Of a stretch of DNA of 64,000 nt, positions 59,648-64,000 are shown piece by piece (the stretch's first letter is position 1; each line of letters begins with the position of its first letter). Source of the stretch: Methylophilaceae bacterium (GTDB lineage: Bacteria > Pseudomonadota > Gammaproteobacteria > Burkholderiales > Methylophilaceae); assembly GCA_034111445.1 (NCBI GenBank), contig JAWUXH010000028.1, positions 85,950-149,949 of the forward strand, written 5' to 3'. A model generated the notes under the pieces. That model saw nothing but the letters and a program-made list of their open reading frames with translations. It ran no database searches and was not told the origin of the DNA. The translations under genes were made by a program, and so were the position numbers.

Positions 59648-60088
59648 ATGAAGCAAGTGCTTATTGTATTACTCATGGTTTTTTCTACCAGCACTTTTGC
59701 TGATGGCTTGGCGACTAAAAGGTTAGCCAATAAAAAAGCGGTGAAACAATTTGTGAGCCAAGTGATGGATGTGGCTGGCAGTGGTCAAACGGTTAAAGCG
59801 CTACAAATGCTGAAACCACACTTACGGATTCCTGACTCTGAATTTAATATGTCGTTGAAAATGCAAGAGTCTCAACAGAGTATTATTAAAGAGCGCTTTG
59901 GTAATGTGTTGGGGTCTGAGTTGATCACCATTGAAGCAGTGGGTGATTCACTGATGCACGCTATTTTCATCCAGAAATATGAGCGCCATTTAATGACTTG
60001 GAATCTATTCTTCTATAAACCAAAGAATAGCTGGATTATTAATAACTACAATACGAGTGATAAAGTTCAAACCATCTTTGAACGATAA
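59648..60088 (+). CDS. exported hypothetical protein
   Basis: Signal peptide MKQVLIVLLMVFSTSTFA; RFG...G.E, FYKP...W. Confidence 0.65.
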   Translation: MKQVLIVLLMVFSTSTFADGLATKRLANKKAVKQFVSQVMDVAGSGQTVKALQMLKPHLRIPDSEFNMSLKMQESQQSIIKERFGNVLGSELITIEAVGDSLMHAIFIQKYERHLMTWNLFFYKPKNSWIINNYNTSDKVQTIFER

Positions 60089-60210
60089 TAAATCGTGCAA
60101 ACTATCTTTGCACATTAATAAGCGCCTCAAACCATCTTTGAGCGATAACTTAAAAAGTGCCAATTATTTTTGCACTATCATTCAAGCGCCACAAACAATT
60201 TTCACACTAA
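60061..60210. repeat. degenerate ~30-bp tandem repeat of hairpin units (CAAA-N5-TTTG core)
   Basis: Cores at about 60068, 60098, 60128, 60160 and 60192. Confidence 0.7.
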
Positions 60211-60238
60211 GCCAAATGCACACTATATAAGGTGTGCA

Positions 60239-61489
60239 TTAAATAAAGCGCTTAATCTCAGCCATCGTTTTAGCCGTGGCCCCAGTTTTATCTGCCACAA
60301 AGGCAAAGCATGCTTTTTCCATAGCAGTGCGTTTCGTATCATTATTCATTAAATGCGTTAAGTGCGTCGTTAACGCATTCACATCCGCTACACGTATCAC
60401 CGCGCCAGCTTCAATCGCCTCTTTAGTGATTAGTTCAAAATTGAACGTATGCGGGCCAATTAAGACTGGCGTGCCTACGGCACAAGGCTCTATTAAGTTT
60501 TGCCCGCCAAAGGGCAGCAAACTGCCTCCTACAAAGGCAACATCACTGGCTGCATAGTAACTAAACAACTCACCCATAGAGTCACCCAGTATCACTTGCG
60601 TATCAGCACTCGCTTCACTATTTAAAGCACTACGCCTTTGCATATTAATGCCGCGCGCCTTAATTAAGTTGGCGACTTCATCAAAGCGTTGCGGGTGGCG
60701 GGGCACAATCACCGTTAATAATGATGGGTGGTTTAATTGTTGCACCATATCGAGTATTAATGCTTCTTCCCCATCACGCGTACTGGCGGATACAAATATA
60801 AAGCGCTTTTCGCCAAATAAGCTTTCAAGTACCTTCGCTTGGCTAAGGGCTTGTGCTGGCACTTTTACATCAAACTTAATATTACCGCTAACGCTTGGCG
60901 TTACGCCAAACTGTTCAAAGCGCTTGGCATCACCTTCCGTTTGCGCGGCAATGGCAGATAACTGCTGTAAGCCTGTTGCCGTTAACTGCTGAATTTTGCC
61001 ATAACCCTTGGCAGACTTTTCTGATAGTCGTGCATTGACTAATAAGGTTGGAATATTAGCGGCATGGCACTGATTGATTAAGTTAAACCAAAGCTCAGTT
61101 TCCATGAGTAATACTAAGGCCGGGTTAAAGTGCTTAATAAAACGGTTAACCGCAAATGGCACGTCGTAAGGTAAGTAAGCGCGTAATACAGAATCGCCAA
61201 AAAGGGCTGTACTGGTATCGCGCCCCGTTGGTGTAGCGTGGGTAATCAGTATTTGGTGCTGCGGGTAAGCTAACTGCAATGCTTTAATCAGCGGGGCTGC
61301 TGCACGCGTTTCACCGACTGATACACAATGGATGCAAATAATGGGCTTATTCACCGCTGCTTTATAAAAGCCAAAGCGTTCAGCCCAATGGTGTAAGTAT
61401 TCTGGCTGCTTTAAGCCGCGCCACATGAGCTTTAATGGCACAAATGGCAAAGTGAGGCTGAGTAATACGGTGTATAAAAAACGATTCAT
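60239..61489 (-). CDS. waaA: 3-deoxy-D-manno-octulosonic acid (Kdo) transferase
   Basis: HCVSVGE, ETELW, NARLSEKS, GNIKFD, PRHPQRF, GGQNLIEP. Confidence 0.96.
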   Translation of the reverse strand: MNRFLYTVLLSLTLPFVPLKLMWRGLKQPEYLHHWAERFGFYKAAVNKPIICIHCVSVGETRAAAPLIKALQLAYPQHQILITHATPTGRDTSTALFGDSVLRAYLPYDVPFAVNRFIKHFNPALVLLMETELWFNLINQCHAANIPTLLVNARLSEKSAKGYGKIQQLTATGLQQLSAIAAQTEGDAKRFEQFGVTPSVSGNIKFDVKVPAQALSQAKVLESLFGEKRFIFVSASTRDGEEALILDMVQQLNHPSLLTVIVPRHPQRFDEVANLIKARGINMQRRSALNSEASADTQVILGDSMGELFSYYAASDVAFVGGSLLPFGGQNLIEPCAVGTPVLIGPHTFNFELITKEAIEAGAVIRVADVNALTTHLTHLMNNDTKRTAMEKACFAFVADKTGATAKTMAEIKRFI

Positions 61490-61756
61490 GCGCTATTTTC
61501 GCATAAAATCAAAGGGCTAGAATATTTAGCCACTTGGCCATTCAAAAACTTAACAGCAATTAATGATTTTTGGCATGAAAAATGCGGCCTAATGAATCTA
61601 TATGAGATACATAATCTGCCACCAAATACCAGAAAAATAATTTATTTTTTATTTTACGGATGTTGGTGAACACTCACATCTGCTAAGCGCGAATACTGGC
61701 CTTGTTTTATTCATAATTCACCAAAATAGTGCGTACTAAAAATAGTGTAACAAGGC

Positions 61757-61785
61757 TTGACGACTACTAGATAAAGGCCTAAATT
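61757..61785 (+). promoter_or_regulatory. sigma70 promoter of nrdJ
   Basis: TTGACG-17 bp-TAAATT. Confidence 0.6.
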
Positions 61786-61795
61786 AGCACCTCGC

Positions 61796-61843
61796 ACACA
61801 AGATCTAGTGTTTAAGGGCAATTAACAACACAAGGTCTGCACC
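61796..61843. promoter_or_regulatory. tandem NrdR boxes
   Basis: ACACAAGATCTAGTGT (61796-61811) and a degenerate ACACAAGGTCTGCACC 32 bp downstream. Confidence 0.75.
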
Positions 61844-61928
61844 ACGCGTTACATCAGTCTTTACAAGAGTAAGTAAAGCTATGTAGCTGATAAATAAAAG
61901 CAAAATAAAAACAAAACGAAGGAAAACC

Positions 61929-64000
61929 ATGTTGAAAGCTGTAGAAACAACCGCAAAGTCAGCCACTACTGACGACGTTAAAATCCCAATGCAATCAGTA
62001 TCTGAAGATATCTGGGATAAAAAATATCGATTAAGAACAAAAAGCGGTGAAGCAGTTGATCAAAATATGGATGATTCGTATGCCCGTGTAGCGCGCGCAT
62101 TAGCAGATGTTGAAGAAACAGAAGAGTTAAAAAAAGAATGGCATGAAAAATTCCTATGGGCATTGCGCCATGGTGCTATTCCAGCGGGTCGTATTACTTC
62201 AAATGCGGGTGCGTTAGAGCACAAGCCAGCCACCTCAACCATTAACTGTACTGTTTCAGGCGTGATTGAAGACAGCATGGACGACATTTTAAATAAAGTA
62301 CACGAGGCCGGCTTAACCCTTAAAGCGGGTTGCGGTATTGGTTACGAGTTTTCAACGCTTCGCCCTAAAGGTGCGTTTGTTGCGGGCGCTGGTGCATTAA
62401 CGTCTGGTCCATTATCGTTTATGGATATCTACGACAAAATGTGTTTCACCGTATCATCAGCGGGTGGCCGCCGTGGTGCGCAAATGGCAACGTTTGATAT
62501 TTCACACCCTGACGTAACAGACTTTATTAAAGCCAAACGTGAAGATGGCCGTTTACGCCAATTCAACCTAAGCTGCTTAATCACAAAAGAGTTTATGGAA
62601 GCGGTGAAAGCCGATTCAGAATGGAAGCTAGCCTTTCCAGTGACAGAAAAAGAAGCCATCATTGACGGCCTTAATACCAACGATGAAGCAACAGTGGTAT
62701 GGCGCGAGTGGCCAATTAAAGGTAAATACCTAGCCAAAACTGAAGGTAAAGACGCTGGTAAAGTGGCTTGCCGTGTATACAAAACCATTAAAGCACGTCG
62801 CCTGTGGGATGTGATTATGTCTAGCACTTACGACTTTGCTGAGCCAGGCTTTATCTTAATCGACCGTGTGAATGAAATGAACAATAACTGGTTCTGCGAA
62901 AACATTCGCGCAACCAACCCATGTGGTGAGCAACCATTACCACCATACGGTGCGTGTTTATTAGGTTCAGTTAACTTAACTAAATTTGTGAATAACCCAT
63001 TTACTGATGAAGCAACCTTTGACTGGACAACTTACCGTGAAGTAGTCGCCACCTTTACCCGTATGTTAGATAACGTGGTTGAAATCAACGGCCTACCATT
63101 ACCAGAGCAACGTGCTGAAATTGCACGCAAACGCCGCCACGGTATGGGCTACTTAGGCTTAGGTTCAAGCCTAACCATGATGAAAATGAAATACGGTGAA
63201 GATGCCTCAATCGAGTTCACTGAAGAAGTGACAAAAGTCATGGCAGAAGTCGGCTGGGAAACAGGTGTACAACTGGCTGAAGAAAAAGGCCCAGCACCAA
63301 TCATGAATGAGAAATTTGTGATTACCGCAGACATGCTAGCTAAGCGCCCAGAAATGGCAGCAGATGGTATTAAAGTCGGCCAAAAAATTGCAGGTAAAGT
63401 ACTCATGGGTAAATACAGCCGCTACATGCAGCAGTTCCCTGAAGGCTTGCGTAACCAAATTGCCACTAAAGGCACACGCTTTACGCACCATAGCTCAATT
63501 GCACCAACCGGTACTATTTCGCTATCACTCGCGAATAATGCCAGTAACGGTATTGAGCCAAGCTTTGCCCATCACTACGCACGTAACGTGATTCGTGAAG
63601 GTAAAAAGTCGAAAGAAAAAGTCGACGTATTTAGTTATGAACTACTGGCTTATCGTGAATTAATTAATTCAAAAGCCATGCCATTTGGTGAAACGGATGA
63701 ACAGAAGCTGCCAGACTACTTCTTAGACTCATCAACCATTAAAGCAAAAGCGCACGTAGATATTCAAGCGGCATCACAAAAATGGATTGATAGCTCAATT
63801 TCAAAAACCATTAACGTGCCAACGGATTACGATTTTGAAGACTTCAAAAACATCTACCTATACGCATACGACAAAGGCCTAAAAGGTTGCACCACCTTCC
63901 GCTTTAACCCGGAAGCCTTCCAAGGCGTATTAGTGACTGAAAAAGATTTAGAAAGTACAACGTATAAATTTACCTTAGATGACGGCACAGAAGTTGAAGC
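61929..64000 (+). CDS. nrdJ: adenosylcobalamin-dependent (class II) ribonucleotide reductase (runs off the right end of the window)
   Basis: Manual translation of segments: IWDKKYRL, PAGRITSNAG, TINCTVS, AGGRRGAQM, TNPCGEQPLPPYGACLLGS, IAPTGTIS, SSISKTIN. Confidence 0.92.
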   Translation, partial: MLKAVETTAKSATTDDVKIPMQSVSEDIWDKKYRLRTKSGEAVDQNMDDSYARVARALADVEETEELKKEWHEKFLWALRHGAIPAGRITSNAGALEHKPATSTINCTVSGVIEDSMDDILNKVHEAGLTLKAGCGIGYEFSTLRPKGAFVAGAGALTSGPLSFMDIYDKMCFTVSSAGGRRGAQMATFDISHPDVTDFIKAKREDGRLRQFNLSCLITKEFMEAVKADSEWKLAFPVTEKEAIIDGLNTNDEATVVWREWPIKGKYLAKTEGKDAGKVACRVYKTIKARRLWDVIMSSTYDFAEPGFILIDRVNEMNNNWFCENIRATNPCGEQPLPPYGACLLGSVNLTKFVNNPFTDEATFDWTTYREVVATFTRMLDNVVEINGLPLPEQRAEIARKRRHGMGYLGLGSSLTMMKMKYGEDASIEFTEEVTKVMAEVGWETGVQLAEEKGPAPIMNEKFVITADMLAKRPEMAADGIKVGQKIAGKVLMGKYSRYMQQFPEGLRNQIATKGTRFTHHSSIAPTGTISLSLANNASNGIEPSFAHHYARNVIREGKKSKEKVDVFSYELLAYRELINSKAMPFGETDEQKLPDYFLDSSTIKAKAHVDIQAASQKWIDSSISKTINVPTDYDFEDFKNIYLYAYDKGLKGCTTFRFNPEAFQGVLVTEKDLESTTYKFTLDDGTEVE

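Noticed and set aside
60061-60210. CRISPR array
   Set aside because: The period is only ~30 bp, the repeats are degenerate, there are no spacer-length unique segments and no cas genes
61571-61586. sigma54-like TGGCATGAAAAATGCG upstream of nrdJ
   Set aside because: Weak -12 element, about 340 bp from the start, no clear enhancer, and a better sigma70 promoter with NrdR boxes lies closer
62391-62402. Apparent TAA stop inside nrdJ
   Set aside because: Out of frame; the reading is GGT GCA TTA ACG (GALT)
175-63591. Numerous short antisense or overlapping ORFs in the track (e.g. 36330-36929, 49773-50261, 32498-32929, 62429-62827)
   Set aside because: They are shadows of well-supported genes on the opposite strand or in another frame, with no motifs of their own

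Overview
A 64-kb, AT-leaning chromosomal window that looks like a methylotrophic betaproteobacterium (Methylophilaceae-like). This is inferred from a Fae homolog, a quinoprotein-relay metallohydrolase and the gene style. It is bounded by partial valS and partial class II ribonucleotide reductase nrdJ. Contents: an MSHA/T2SS-like type IV filament cluster with a c-di-GMP-binding ATPase next to a sigma54 regulator and a GGDEF protein; housekeeping genes (mutY, asmA, pseudouridine synthase, pcm, tolC, waaA); and a TetR-controlled RND efflux operon. The most notable region is a ~13-kb locus (38.1-50.8 kb). There, an uncharacterised four-gene operon ('thermostable hemolysin' acyltransferase-like, adenylating enzyme, heme-oxygenase-like diiron enzyme, SDR), an LTA-synthase-like gene and cptA are each preceded by a sigma54 -24/-12 promoter, an IHF-like site and a shared TGCA-N5-TGCA enhancer pair. 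They sit beside a porin, a periplasmic binding-like protein, a sensor kinase and an NtrC-family activator. Also seen: an unannotated structured ncRNA candidate at ~20.63-20.73 kb, a 30-bp hairpin array at ~60.06-60.21 kb, and several small gene lesions. No CRISPR array, tRNA, rRNA or transposase was recognised.
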